The notes beneath the pieces were generated by a model. The model did not search any database and was not told the DNA's origin. It was given only the letters and a program-made list of their open reading frames with translations. From Candidatus Bathyarchaeia archaeon (GTDB lineage Archaea > Thermoproteota > Bathyarchaeia > Bathyarchaeales > Bathycorpusculaceae): a stretch of DNA of 64,000 nt. The DNA lies in contig JBEKWR010000012.1 in NCBI GenBank assembly GCA_049512935.1, positions 1 through 64,000 of the forward strand, read 5' to 3'. Positions 1 to 8,838 of this stretch are shown piece by piece. The translations under genes were made by a program, and so were the position numbers. Within the stretch, counting starts at the first letter, position 1. Every line of letters begins with the position of its first letter.

Positions 1-60
1 CCCCCCTCCCCTTCGCCAATCAGTGTTTGTTTTGGGTTGCTTTCTTGGTTTAGGGCTTGA
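1..60. repeat. Partial copy of a dispersed non-coding element also present at ~37706-37775
   Basis: CCCCCTCCC followed by TCAGTGTTTGTTTTGGGTTG (20-39), 18/20 identical to TCAGGGCTTGTTTTGGGTTG (37737-37756); both are followed by a T-rich tract and TTTAGG. Confidence 0.6.
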
Positions 61-220
61 AACGCAATGCGGCTGGAAGCGAGTTGTCGGGCAGAAATGC
101 GGAAAGCTTCTGGAAAGCGCTATTTGGGACATCTATAGGAGCCTAATAGGCAGGCATACAAGCAACGGCGACCACAAAAGGCATATAGGGTGACCCCCAA
201 TTTTTCCTATGTGACCACAA

Positions 221-721
221 ATGTCCACGAATGCTCCAGTAAAAGTGCTTCTTCAAACAACCGCGGGAAACATCACAGCAGAACTCAGAACTGACAAGCC
301 GATAACAAGCGGCAACTTCAAAAAAATCGTCGAAAGCGGAAAATACGACAACACCCCGATCTACCGCGTCGTCGCAGGCTTCATGATTCAAGGCGGCAGA
401 ATCAAACAGGAACCCCCAGCCATACCCGACGAAATAGGCAAAGACAACCACAACACCCCCTACTCAATCGCTATGGCTAAAACCTGCGAGCCAAACTCGG
501 CAACAAGCGAATTCTTCATAAACGTAGCAGACAACAGCAAAATAATCTACCCGAACGGCACGTCGTTTGACAAAACCTACACAGTTTTCGGAAAAGTAAC
601 CGCGGGACAAGACGTCGTTGACGCAATCGCCAAGGAAAAAGTTAGAAATAGCCCTGAAACAGGCGAAAAAAGCTACCCAGTAAACCCAGTGGCAATAGTT
701 AAAGCATCAATTGTAAAGTAG
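221..721 (+). CDS. ppiA: Cyclophilin-type peptidyl-prolyl cis-trans isomerase
   Basis: YRVVAGFMIQGG, SIAMAKT..NSATSEFFIN, YTVFGKV motifs. Confidence 0.93.
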   Translation: MSTNAPVKVLLQTTAGNITAELRTDKPITSGNFKKIVESGKYDNTPIYRVVAGFMIQGGRIKQEPPAIPDEIGKDNHNTPYSIAMAKTCEPNSATSEFFINVADNSKIIYPNGTSFDKTYTVFGKVTAGQDVVDAIAKEKVRNSPETGEKSYPVNPVAIVKASIVK

Positions 722-763
722 ACTTTCAGCCGGGAAAAACGCAAGAAAAAAACGTTGGAAGAA

Positions 764-970
764 TTATTTCTTCTTCTCTTCTTTCTCTTTAGGCTTAGAA
801 CCGATCTCCACCAGTTGAATGTTAACCTGGTAGTTCTTGTCACCGACCTGCATCTTGCCAAAAGTGTGAAAGCCTCTGCTTCCCGTGCTGAAGTTCTTCT
901 GGTTCAAAATAAACTGCTGCTTAGTCCCGTTCAACTGGATAGTAGCCATATTCGGTGGTTGCTCACTCAT
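764..970 (-). CDS. Small hypothetical beta-rich basic protein
   Basis: ORF with KNFSTGSRGFH..GKM....YQVNIQLVEIGSK; ATG at 970 (GTG at 982 is the alternative); preceded by an AGGTG RBS-like site. Confidence 0.7.
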   Translation of the reverse strand: MSEQPPNMATIQLNGTKQQFILNQKNFSTGSRGFHTFGKMQVGDKNYQVNIQLVEIGSKPKEKEEKKK

Positions 971-1118
971 TTCCAAATTCACCTTTAACCAGCACTATCG
1001 ACATTGTGACTTTTCACCTTTTCGCTCTTCATAAGCAGGGCGTTTTTGGGCGGCTCATCTTTTTGCCTTACATTATTGCGCGCAAGGCTATCACTATCAT
1101 GAAAAGGAAAGGGATGGA

Positions 1119-2486
1119 TTAGGGGAACAGCCGTTTTGGGTCTCGGGGTATGAATGTTGCTTCCCTTACGTTCTCGAGTCCAAGCATCAGCATGATTACG
1201 CGTGTTGGGCTTAGCCCTAAGCCGCCGTGGGGTGGAGCGCCGTACTTGAAGAAGTTAAAGTAGTAGTCCAGCTTGTCCGTCGCCAAGCCTTTCTGCTCAG
1301 CCTGGCGAATCAAAGTGTGGTACCTGTGCTCTCTTTGGGCGCCAGTCGTAATTTCGACGCCTCTGTAGATCAAATCGAAGCTTTTGGTTGTTTCCACGCC
1401 GTTGCTCATCGGTTTGCCGCGCATATGATAGAAGGGTCTTACCGCGCTGGGGAAGTCTGTGAGGAAAACGAAGTCGTTATCATACTTTTCTTTGACGTAT
1501 TTTGAGAGTTCTCTTTCGCCTTCAGGGCTTAAGTCGCCTTCACCGTTTATGCTTGATTTGCTGACGATTTCGTAGGCTTCTTCCATTCTTATCTTCGGAA
1601 CCTTGGTTGGTTCGGCTATTTCCTGTTTGAATTCCTCTTTGATTCGTTTTCCCCATTTTTCTTTGATGCGGCCAAAAGCGTGTTTGAGCATTTTCCGCTC
1701 GCATTCCATGACGTCAAAGTGCGAGGAAATGTAGGCTATCTCCATGTCTAAAGAGGTGAATTCCGTGTCATGTCTGGTGGTGAACGAGGGGTTGGCTCTG
1801 AAAACGGGTGCTATTTCATAGACTTTCTCAAATCCCGAGCAGATCGCCATCTGCTTGTAAAACTGGGGAGACTGAGCCAGATACGCGGTCTTATCGAAGT
1901 AGGGAACTGTGAAAAGCTCTGCCCCGCTCTCAGTCGGTGAGCCGACGAACTTTGGCGTGAATATTTCGGTGAAGCCGTTCTTGAAGAAAAACTCTGCTGA
2001 GTACCTTGTGAACTCGGAAAGCATCGAAAGTGGGAATCTGTGATTGGGGTTTCTTAGGTCCATCCAGCGGAAATCTAACCTGCTATCGAGGAGGGCAGGT
2101 ATACTCTCCGTGTCGATTGGCACTGGTTGGGCTGCAACTTCGCCGAGGACGAACAATTCGCTGACAAGGATTTCCCGTCCGCTTTTTGATCGGCCTTGGC
2201 ACACTTCGCCCGTGGCTAAAATGCAAGTCTGCGGAGTTAATTCTCCGGCTAGCTGGATGTTTTTGCAGGCGTCCTTGACGGTCAACTGTATTTCGCCCGA
2301 CTCATCGGCAAGCATCAGAAACTTTAGTTTTCCAAGGTCTTTCACTCTTTTAAGAAAACCAGCCACCACAACTTGCGAGCCAAAATGCTTCTCAGATATG
2401 TCTGCAACATGAACTCTTTTTTTGAGAAGTAAATCTGCTTTTGCATCGGAGGTTTTCTTCGCAGCCTCAACGTTCTGTTGGTTCAT
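1119..2486 (-). CDS. aspS: Aspartate--tRNA ligase, archaeal type
   Basis: OB-fold N-terminus (KDLGKLKF), YLAQSPQFYKQ, motif 2 FRANPSFTTRHDTEF, motif 3 GAPPHGGLGL, C-terminal PRDPKRLFP. Confidence 0.93.
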   Translation of the reverse strand: MNQQNVEAAKKTSDAKADLLLKKRVHVADISEKHFGSQVVVAGFLKRVKDLGKLKFLMLADESGEIQLTVKDACKNIQLAGELTPQTCILATGEVCQGRSKSGREILVSELFVLGEVAAQPVPIDTESIPALLDSRLDFRWMDLRNPNHRFPLSMLSEFTRYSAEFFFKNGFTEIFTPKFVGSPTESGAELFTVPYFDKTAYLAQSPQFYKQMAICSGFEKVYEIAPVFRANPSFTTRHDTEFTSLDMEIAYISSHFDVMECERKMLKHAFGRIKEKWGKRIKEEFKQEIAEPTKVPKIRMEEAYEIVSKSSINGEGDLSPEGERELSKYVKEKYDNDFVFLTDFPSAVRPFYHMRGKPMSNGVETTKSFDLIYRGVEITTGAQREHRYHTLIRQAEQKGLATDKLDYYFNFFKYGAPPHGGLGLSPTRVIMLMLGLENVREATFIPRDPKRLFP

Positions 2487-2561
2487 AGCAACTATTTTTG
2501 TCGTGAACCTTAAATCCTTTGTCTAAGCCGCATTTCAAAATAACCTTTTAAGGTTTAAAAC

Positions 2562-2576
2562 TTGTAAAGTTTACAA
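2562..2576. promoter_or_regulatory. 15-bp palindrome, candidate Lrp-type operator upstream of aspS
   Basis: TTGTAAA-G-TTTACAA perfect inverted repeat in the divergent aspS/Lrp intergenic region. Confidence 0.45.
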
Positions 2577-2749
2577 TCTTCTTATCTCTGCACTGAATGG
2601 CAGCGGTGATTTTGCGGTCACCGGGTTGTGTACCCAAACGGGTCAACATTTAGCTTTTTTAGACATTTGTCCTTTGATTCAGTACAATTCTGTTATTTCT
2701 TTTAGTTTTTTAATTTTTAGCTAAACGATAGTTAAGCAAAATTGTCAAA

Positions 2750-2778
2750 TTATGAACAATTCATAACCACCTTTATAT
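2750..2778 (+). promoter_or_regulatory. Palindrome plus TATA box upstream of the Lrp/AsnC-domain gene
   Basis: TTATGAA-CAA-TTCATAA (2750-2766) just upstream of CTTTATAT (2771-2778). Confidence 0.45.
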
Positions 2779-2847
2779 CCGCAAGCACCTCAATCTCAGC
2801 TGAGGAACATAGGTGCAATCCTTTAAACTGCGAAAAACAGGTCGCGC

Positions 2848-3168
2848 ATGAAGTTGAGCCAATTTTTAGCTTCCGTAAACATTTTCATTGACAAATCTCA
2901 GAAGAACAACGTGCTGAGCGAGCTTTCAAAGCTTCAAAATGCCAGAGAAGTCTACGAGGTAGCAGGAGAATACGACATAGTCTCAATCATCTCTGCCCCA
3001 ACCCTTGAGGAGTTTCGAGATGTCCTTCAGAAACGGGTTATGAAAATTAAGGGAGTAAAAAGCACCATAACCACCGTAATTCTTTGCCGCCATAAAGAGA
3101 GCCTTGCCAGGGGAACGAAAAACGATGGGGGACGCGCACTCAACCCAATCAGGGACGGGAAAGCATGA
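2848..3168 (+). CDS. Stand-alone Lrp/AsnC ligand-binding (RAM) domain protein
   Basis: EVYEVAGEYDIV...KIKGVKSTIT pattern; no HTH. Confidence 0.85.
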   Translation: MKLSQFLASVNIFIDKSQKNNVLSELSKLQNAREVYEVAGEYDIVSIISAPTLEEFRDVLQKRVMKIKGVKSTITTVILCRHKESLARGTKNDGGRALNPIRDGKA

Positions 3169-3323
3169 ATAAATGTCCAAAGTGCGGCGCTGAGATGGAG
3201 TCAAAGGGTGAACTTGAGGATACAAGTCAACTTCAAAGCACTTTTTTCCAGTGCCCCAAATGCAAAAACATTGAGCTAATTGAAAGGCACTTTAATAATT
3301 GGTTTCGTTTGGACTACCCCTAA
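3165..3323 (+). CDS. 52-aa CPxCG zinc-finger microprotein (absent from the ORF track)
   Basis: Translated by hand: MNKCPKCGAEMESKGELEDTSQLQSTFFQCPKCKNIELIERHFNNWFRLDYP; ATGA overlap with the upstream stop. Confidence 0.75.
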   Translation: MNKCPKCGAEMESKGELEDTSQLQSTFFQCPKCKNIELIERHFNNWFRLDYP

Positions 3324-3594
3324 GCATTCCCGAACGGACCTAACGAAAAATATTTGTATAGTACTAAATTTTCCTCTCTTAAGATTTTATAATATGAATA
3401 TAACCATGCAATTTTTTTGAGATGAAACTGCGAACCGCTGAAATGCGAAAAATGTTATAAGGCAGAAGCGCAGATAAACGGTTTCTGTCGAGAGAGCGGT
3501 TGGAGGCAAAGGCATGGAAAAGAAGGCTACGTCCACTCTTAACGAGCGCCCCAAAACGAGAGCGCGTTTGACTTTAAACAAGGATTGATCTTAC

Positions 3595-6500
3595 ATGAAA
3601 GTTAAAGTTTTGAAGCTTTTAAGTTTAATACTTATCCTGATTTTTGCTTCGACGGTAATCACAGAAATACACGCCCTCAGCGTTATCAGCACGCTACCGT
3701 TAGGCAGTGGAAACGACCCTCTTTGCGTGGCTTATGATTCTGGCATGGGTGAGATATTCGTAACCAACAACGTCGCTAGCACGGTCTCGGTCATATCCGA
3801 CAGCACCGATGCCGTGGTTGCAACTATCACTTTGCCCTCGGGATGCGAGCCTTTTGGCCTCGCTTATGACTCCGGCATGGGTGAGATATTCGTAGCCGAA
3901 GAGCACGCAAGCACCGTCGCAGTCATAAGTGACACCACTAACGCCGTGGTTGCAACCATAGTCGTAGATATCGATCCCATAGGCGTCGCTTACGATTCTG
4001 GCAAAGGCGAAATTTTCGTAGCCAATTATGGCGACGATGACGTTTCGATTATCAATGATAGAACTAACCACGTTGTTGCAACGGTGGGTGTGGGAACCGA
4101 CCCTGAGATGATAGCATATGATTCTGGCATGGGCGAGTTATTCGTAGCCAATCAGGTTTACGGCACCGTCTCAGTCATAAATGACACCACAAATGCCGTG
4201 ACTACCTTCTCTACTGGGCAGAGTGGACCCTGGGGTGTCGCTTATGACTCCGGCATGGGCGAGATATTCGTAACCAACAATGGCGCCCACACCGTCTCGG
4301 TCATAAATGACACCACCAACGCTGTGACTGCAACCGTGTCCTTGCCTTTTAACAGCGCTCCAAGATGCATTGCGTATGATTCTGGCATGGGCGAATTATT
4401 TGTAGTGGAGAATTACTTTGGAGCTGGAATAGGTAATGTTCAGGTCATAAATGACACCACCAACGCTGTGACTGCAACCGTTACCGTGGGAAACGAGCCG
4501 ACAGGCATCGCTTATGACCCTGTGTGGGGCGAACTGTTCGTAGCCAACACTGAGGACGGCACAATCTCGATCATACCGGACGGCAACACTGTTGATTGGC
4601 CAATGTTCCACCATGACTCCTACCACACAGGCAACACAATTGCCACAGGTCCAATAACATGCCAGCTCCAATGGAAAGCAGCAACAAACGCCTTTGTCCT
4701 CTCTTCTCCTGCAGTTGCCGGTGGCGTCGTCTACGTGGGCTCAGCTGACTATAAAGTGTATGCTTTCAGCGCCGCAACAGGAACGCAGTTATGGAGCTGT
4801 ACAACAGGAGGCCCGATAGACTCTTCTCCTGCAGTCGCTGGCGGCGTGGTCTACATAGGCGCATCTACCGTCAACACCGGCTATGGGAATGCCCTGTATG
4901 CTTTGAACGCTACAACAGGAATACCGTTATGGACATTTCAAGCGGCGGACATGCGCTCTTCTCCAACTGTTGTCAATGGCGTGGTCTACGTAGGCTCATA
5001 TGACGATAACGTGTATGCTTTAAACGCTACTACAGGCACAAAGTTATGGAGCTACCCAACAGGCAGTGTAGTGCTTTCTTCTCCTGCGGTTGCTGGAGGC
5101 GTTGTCTACATAGGCTCGTATGACGACAACGTGTATGCTTTGAACGCTACCACAGGCACAAAAATATGGAACTACCCAACAGGCGGCGCTGTGTACTCCT
5201 CTCCCACTTTTGCGGGCGGTGTAGTCTACGTAGGCTCATTTGACCACAAAGTGTATGCTTTGAACGCCACCACAGGCACACAAATATGGAACTACCCAAC
5301 AGGCGGGTTAATAGAATCTTCTCCTGCAGTCGCCGGCGGTGCGGTTTACATAGGCTCATTTGACGATAATGTGTATGCTTTGAACGCTACCACAGGCACA
5401 CAAATATGGAACTACCCAACAGGGAATGCAGTGAATTCCTCTCCTGCTGTTGCGGGCGGCGTCGTCTACGTAGGCTCTGCTGACAAAAACCTGTATGCTT
5501 TGAACGCGGCTACAGGCGCAGAGATATGGAGCTACGCAGCAGCCAATGAAGTGGACTCTTCCCCTGCTGTTGTTGGCGGTGTAGTTTACGTAGGCTCACA
5601 AGACTCCAACGTATATGCTATTAGATCCGCTGTTGCGCCTTCTGCTCCGACGGTTTCTGTTTCGCTTGGCACGGTGGATCAGGGTCAATCTTCAACTTTG
5701 AGCGTTACCACAGACGTTGCTGGCGGCACTTCGCCGTATAGTTACCAGTGGTATGAGAACAGCGGCTCTGGATACTCTGCAGTTGGTTCCGCGACGAGTT
5801 CTGCAGCAAGCTACGTTTTCGAGACGGCGTCAGTTACCCCTGGAACGTACCAGTTTGAGCTTCAGGTTACGGACAGCGAGAACCCAGCGGTGACGGTTAC
5901 TTCCAACGTGGTTCAGGTCACCGTGAATTCCGCCTTGGTTGCCCCCACAGTGACGCCTAGTTCAGGCACGATAGATCAAGGTCAGACTAGCAGTTTGACT
6001 TCTACGGCTGTTTTGACTGGCGGCGGCGGGTATGTTTATCAGTGGATGGAGAAGGCTCCTGGCGGAAGCTATGTTGCTGTGGGTACGGGTTTGGCGAGTT
6101 TTAGTTTCGCTACTACTGGTTCTACGGCTAGGGGTGTTTGGAACTTTGAGCTTCAGGTGACCGACAACACGGGTGCAGCGGTGACTTCTTCTGCTGCGTC
6201 GGTTACGGTAAATTCTGCTCTAACTGCCCCAACAGCTTCAGCTTCCACAAGCACGGGCGACCAAGGGCAAACCATCACCTTGTTCTCCACAACTGTCTCA
6301 ACAGGGACTCCCTCATACCAGTACCTGTGGCTTCAAAAAGCACCTGGCGCTGGTTCTTACTCAACTATTAGCAGCGCAACTTCATCCAGCTACTCCTTCG
6401 TAACCTCCAGCTCTACAACCACTGGTTCTTGGAGTTTTGAGCTTCAAGTAACCGATTCAACTTCGGCATCTGTCACTTCAAACCCTGTCCCTGTAACGGT

Positions 6501-7233
6501 GAATGTTCCTCCGACCGTATCTATCTCTCCAGGATCTGCAAATTTGGTTGTTGAACAGAATCAAGTGTTTACTGCAACGGCTAGCGGCGGCACAGGAAAC
6601 TACACGTTCTATCAGTGGTATGTAAATGGGGTCTCTCAAGGCTTTCAGATGCCGCCAACCTTCACTTTTACTCCTGGCTCCGCAGGTTCTTACTCGATTA
6701 CTGCAACGGTCAGTGACAATTCAAGCATGACTTCAGCTCAATCCACTGCTGCAACAGCTACGGTTTCGGCAGCTGCAACTCCTACTCCCACTCCAGCTCC
6801 TACAACTGCGCCAACGCAGACAGCATCTCCCACTCCAACTCCGACCCCGACCCCCACGCCAAAGCAAACGGCTACTCCGTCTCCCACCGCCACCGCTTCG
6901 CCAATAGCCGCACCTATCACACTGACAACATTGGCAATCTACCTGTTGATTGTTGTCATCGTCATTGTGGTGTTGCTTCTGGCGGTCTTGTTTATGTTGA
7001 GGCGTGGCAAGAAGAAGATTGTTGCGTCGGCAGACGCCAACGGCAAGATTAACCCATCTGGAACGGTAAAAGTCAATCGGGGAAGCGACCAAACCTTTAC
7101 CATCGCCGCCAATGCAAACTACGCCATCGCCGATGTTCTGGTGGACGACAAATCAGTCGGACCTAAACCCTCATACACCTTCGCAAACGTCAAAGACGAC
7201 CACAAAATACATGCCAAATTCAAGCCAGAATAG
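3595..7233 (+). CDS. Large membrane-anchored surface protein: YVTN/YncE-like propeller, PQQ-like propeller, Ig/PKD-like domains, PT linker, TM helix, C-terminal InlB-B-repeat-like domain
   Basis: Signal peptide; 7x AYDSGMGE(I/L)FV-type repeats; 8x SSPAVAGGVVY(V/I)GS-type repeats; 4 YQW-type beta-sandwiches; TP-rich linker; hydrophobic helix then RRGKKK. Confidence 0.9.
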   Translation: MKVKVLKLLSLILILIFASTVITEIHALSVISTLPLGSGNDPLCVAYDSGMGEIFVTNNVASTVSVISDSTDAVVATITLPSGCEPFGLAYDSGMGEIFVAEEHASTVAVISDTTNAVVATIVVDIDPIGVAYDSGKGEIFVANYGDDDVSIINDRTNHVVATVGVGTDPEMIAYDSGMGELFVANQVYGTVSVINDTTNAVTTFSTGQSGPWGVAYDSGMGEIFVTNNGAHTVSVINDTTNAVTATVSLPFNSAPRCIAYDSGMGELFVVENYFGAGIGNVQVINDTTNAVTATVTVGNEPTGIAYDPVWGELFVANTEDGTISIIPDGNTVDWPMFHHDSYHTGNTIATGPITCQLQWKAATNAFVLSSPAVAGGVVYVGSADYKVYAFSAATGTQLWSCTTGGPIDSSPAVAGGVVYIGASTVNTGYGNALYALNATTGIPLWTFQAADMRSSPTVVNGVVYVGSYDDNVYALNATTGTKLWSYPTGSVVLSSPAVAGGVVYIGSYDDNVYALNATTGTKIWNYPTGGAVYSSPTFAGGVVYVGSFDHKVYALNATTGTQIWNYPTGGLIESSPAVAGGAVYIGSFDDNVYALNATTGTQIWNYPTGNAVNSSPAVAGGVVYVGSADKNLYALNAATGAEIWSYAAANEVDSSPAVVGGVVYVGSQDSNVYAIRSAVAPSAPTVSVSLGTVDQGQSSTLSVTTDVAGGTSPYSYQWYENSGSGYSAVGSATSSAASYVFETASVTPGTYQFELQVTDSENPAVTVTSNVVQVTVNSALVAPTVTPSSGTIDQGQTSSLTSTAVLTGGGGYVYQWMEKAPGGSYVAVGTGLASFSFATTGSTARGVWNFELQVTDNTGAAVTSSAASVTVNSALTAPTASASTSTGDQGQTITLFSTTVSTGTPSYQYLWLQKAPGAGSYSTISSATSSSYSFVTSSSTTTGSWSFELQVTDSTSASVTSNPVPVTVNVPPTVSISPGSANLVVEQNQVFTATASGGTGNYTFYQWYVNGVSQGFQMPPTFTFTPGSAGSYSITATVSDNSSMTSAQSTAATATVSAAATPTPTPAPTTAPTQTASPTPTPTPTPTPKQTATPSPTATASPIAAPITLTTLAIYLLIVVIVIVVLLLAVLFMLRRGKKKIVASADANGKINPSGTVKVNRGSDQTFTIAANANYAIADVLVDDKSVGPKPSYTFANVKDDHKIHAKFKPE

Positions 7234-7364
7234 TGCCCACGCACGACGGAATTAAAACATAAATTCAGAGACGGGGTTCCTCACCGCTTTTGACTTCCTT
7301 CCCCCCTTACAGAAGGAACAATCCCCATCTTGGCTTTCTCAAATCAAGCTGCTTTTATGGAAAT

Positions 7365-7417
7365 GGTGGCGCGGTCGCCGAGATTTGAACCCGGGATCAT
7401 CAGCTTGCAAGGCTAAT
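7365..7417 (-). repeat. Decayed duplicate of the 3' portion of tRNA-Gly (att-like direct repeat)
   Basis: 49/53 identity to 8155-8207; lacks the 5' acceptor strand and D arm. Confidence 0.88.
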
Positions 7418-7460
7418 CATCGCTTGCCCACTTTAAGTGTTACCAACATGCCTCAGAGTG

Positions 7461-7503
7461 TTTAAAAGCTTTTAAAGTACGACTATGTCTTAGTAAGACT
7501 ATG
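7461..7503 (+). promoter_or_regulatory. vapBC promoter/operator (probably leaderless)
   Basis: Palindrome TTTAAAAGCTTTTAAA (7461-7476, TATA-like, ~25 nt before ATG); palindrome GTCTTA-G-TAAGAC (7487-7499); direct repeat AGTA(C/A)GACTATG at 7476 and 7492. Confidence 0.55.
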
Positions 7504-7731
7504 AATAAGTTGTCTCAGGTTCGAGTTAAACGGAAAGGTCAGGTCACTATTCCATTGCAGCTCAGATCAAAGCTTGGCATAGACGAGGGAGCCATTTTAG
7601 AAATAAAAGAAGAAAAAGGCACAATCGTAATGAAACCCACCCCTAAATTGAAGGCAGGCAAACCCGTCGGCGAGGAAGAATACAAGCGAATCATCGACGA
7701 GCTTGATGAAGGCCGGAGAAACTGGCGTTGA
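7501..7731 (+). CDS. vapB: AbrB/MazE/SpoVT-family antitoxin
   Basis: VKRKGQVTIPLQLRSKLGI.EG motif; overlaps the downstream PIN gene. Confidence 0.9.
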   Translation: MNKLSQVRVKRKGQVTIPLQLRSKLGIDEGAILEIKEEKGTIVMKPTPKLKAGKPVGEEEYKRIIDELDEGRRNWR

Positions 7732-8129
7732 CAAGCGTAGCCGATACACGTCTACTACTCACCCTGGAGTTTCCGCCAAACGACACTCTTGCAGCAAAGG
7801 TTGAGAATTTTGTTGAAAAAGAAGTCGCAAGGCAGTTACTGGCGCCCTCCATTGTTATGACTGAATTCATTAAGTATGCTGGAGCAAGAATTGGTGAAGA
7901 TGCAGCCAGGACAAGGTTAAGGCTGCTCAAAGAGAAGGGACTAAAAACAATGCCATTAGATGAAAAACATGCGCTTACCGCAGGAAGCCTTCTTCTCGCA
8001 CACCCAAACGTGCCCATTGCCGACGCCTTAATTGCTTCCTTTGTGAAGAATGGAGAAGCAGAATACGTGGTCACTGATGACGTGCACTTTAAGACTCTGG
8101 GTGTTAAAACAAGATGGATAGAACTTTAG
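7728..8129 (+). CDS. vapC: PIN-domain toxin (VapC)
   Basis: VADT, SIVMTE, IADALIA, VVTDDVHF acidic PIN residues. Confidence 0.9.
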   Translation: MTSVADTRLLLTLEFPPNDTLAAKVENFVEKEVARQLLAPSIVMTEFIKYAGARIGEDAARTRLRLLKEKGLKTMPLDEKHALTAGSLLLAHPNVPIADALIASFVKNGEAEYVVTDDVHFKTLGVKTRWIEL

Positions 8130-8156
8130 GCAGCTGATTTACAAGGTAAGGTAGGG

Positions 8157-8235
8157 TGGTGCGGTCGCCGGGATTTGAACCCGGGATCATTAGCTTGGAA
8201 GGCTAATGTCCTAAACCAGACTAGACGACGACCGC
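8157..8235 (-). tRNA. tRNA-Gly (TCC), CCA encoded, no intron
   Basis: GCGGTCG acceptor stem, anticodon arm TTAGC-CTTCCAA-GCTAA, T arm CCGGG-TTCAAAT-CCCGG, ACCA 3' end. Confidence 0.97.
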
Positions 8236-8453
8236 GCTGGAATAGCTCATAGCTCAAGCGTAATTTAAGTTTTCTGTGCTTCAACCTTGCAGGGTTAAAA
8301 AGAGGGTGATGTCGCCCGATGAGAAGGATGCCCATTTCCAAGCTCTTCAGCGTAACCATGAAAAGGCAGCTTATTCCACTTGGAAACGTTAAAGGCAGAT
8401 GGAATGGTATATCTTTGTGAATTGACGGTTATTATGTTGGATTGGTAGCAAAC

Positions 8454-8735
8454 ATGAGTTTGGGAAAGGGAACAAGCAAAGTTCCAACGAGCCGAATTAA
8501 AGTCCTCACCAAAGACGCGAAGCAGATGGTCAACGGACCCTACTATTGCCCAAAATGCCGAAAGGAAAACCTTCAGATTCTCGCTGACCTCAAAAACAAG
8601 AAGGTGTATGCCTGTTGCAAGTGCGGGCTGGAGTGGCCGCTGGTGTACGCGCCTGTTTTTCAGCCGATAGACTACTACAACAAGTTTCGGGACGCGTGGA
8701 AAAAGCAGAGTTACGGCATTATTAAACAAAAATAG
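8454..8735 (+). CDS. Elf1-like zinc-ribbon protein (transcription elongation factor-like, divergent)
   Basis: Basic N-terminus, CPKC..CKCG, C-terminal PIDYYNKFRD resembling Elf1 (VDVYxxFxD). Confidence 0.6.
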   Translation: MSLGKGTSKVPTSRIKVLTKDAKQMVNGPYYCPKCRKENLQILADLKNKKVYACCKCGLEWPLVYAPVFQPIDYYNKFRDAWKKQSYGIIKQK

Positions 8736-8838
8736 TTTAACGGCTTTTTACATCGTTGGCGCCGCCCAATAAGCCAGCTTGGCGGAAAACAAACGGCTAA
8801 TAAGCGAGGTTAACCCGTAAATAAATCAGGGGAAGCTG

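Larger units (their letters stand above)
7365..8235. mobile_element. tRNA-Gly-anchored mini genomic island remnant carrying only a vapBC toxin-antitoxin pair
   Basis: Direct repeats 790 bp apart flank the AbrB and PIN genes; no integrase. Confidence 0.7.

Noticed and set aside
3720-5620. Regular DNA repeats as a possible CRISPR array
   Set aside because: They are in-frame coding repeats of propeller blades; no cas genes. The same applies to 59950-61660
7365-7417. Second functional tRNA (apparent TGC anticodon)
   Set aside because: No 5' acceptor strand or D arm, and the discriminator and stem positions are mutated; best explained as an att remnant
8319-8420. 33-codon ORF (MRRMPISKLF...) with an RBS-like GAGGGTGA
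   Set aside because: Too short, with no recognisable motif; cannot be supported
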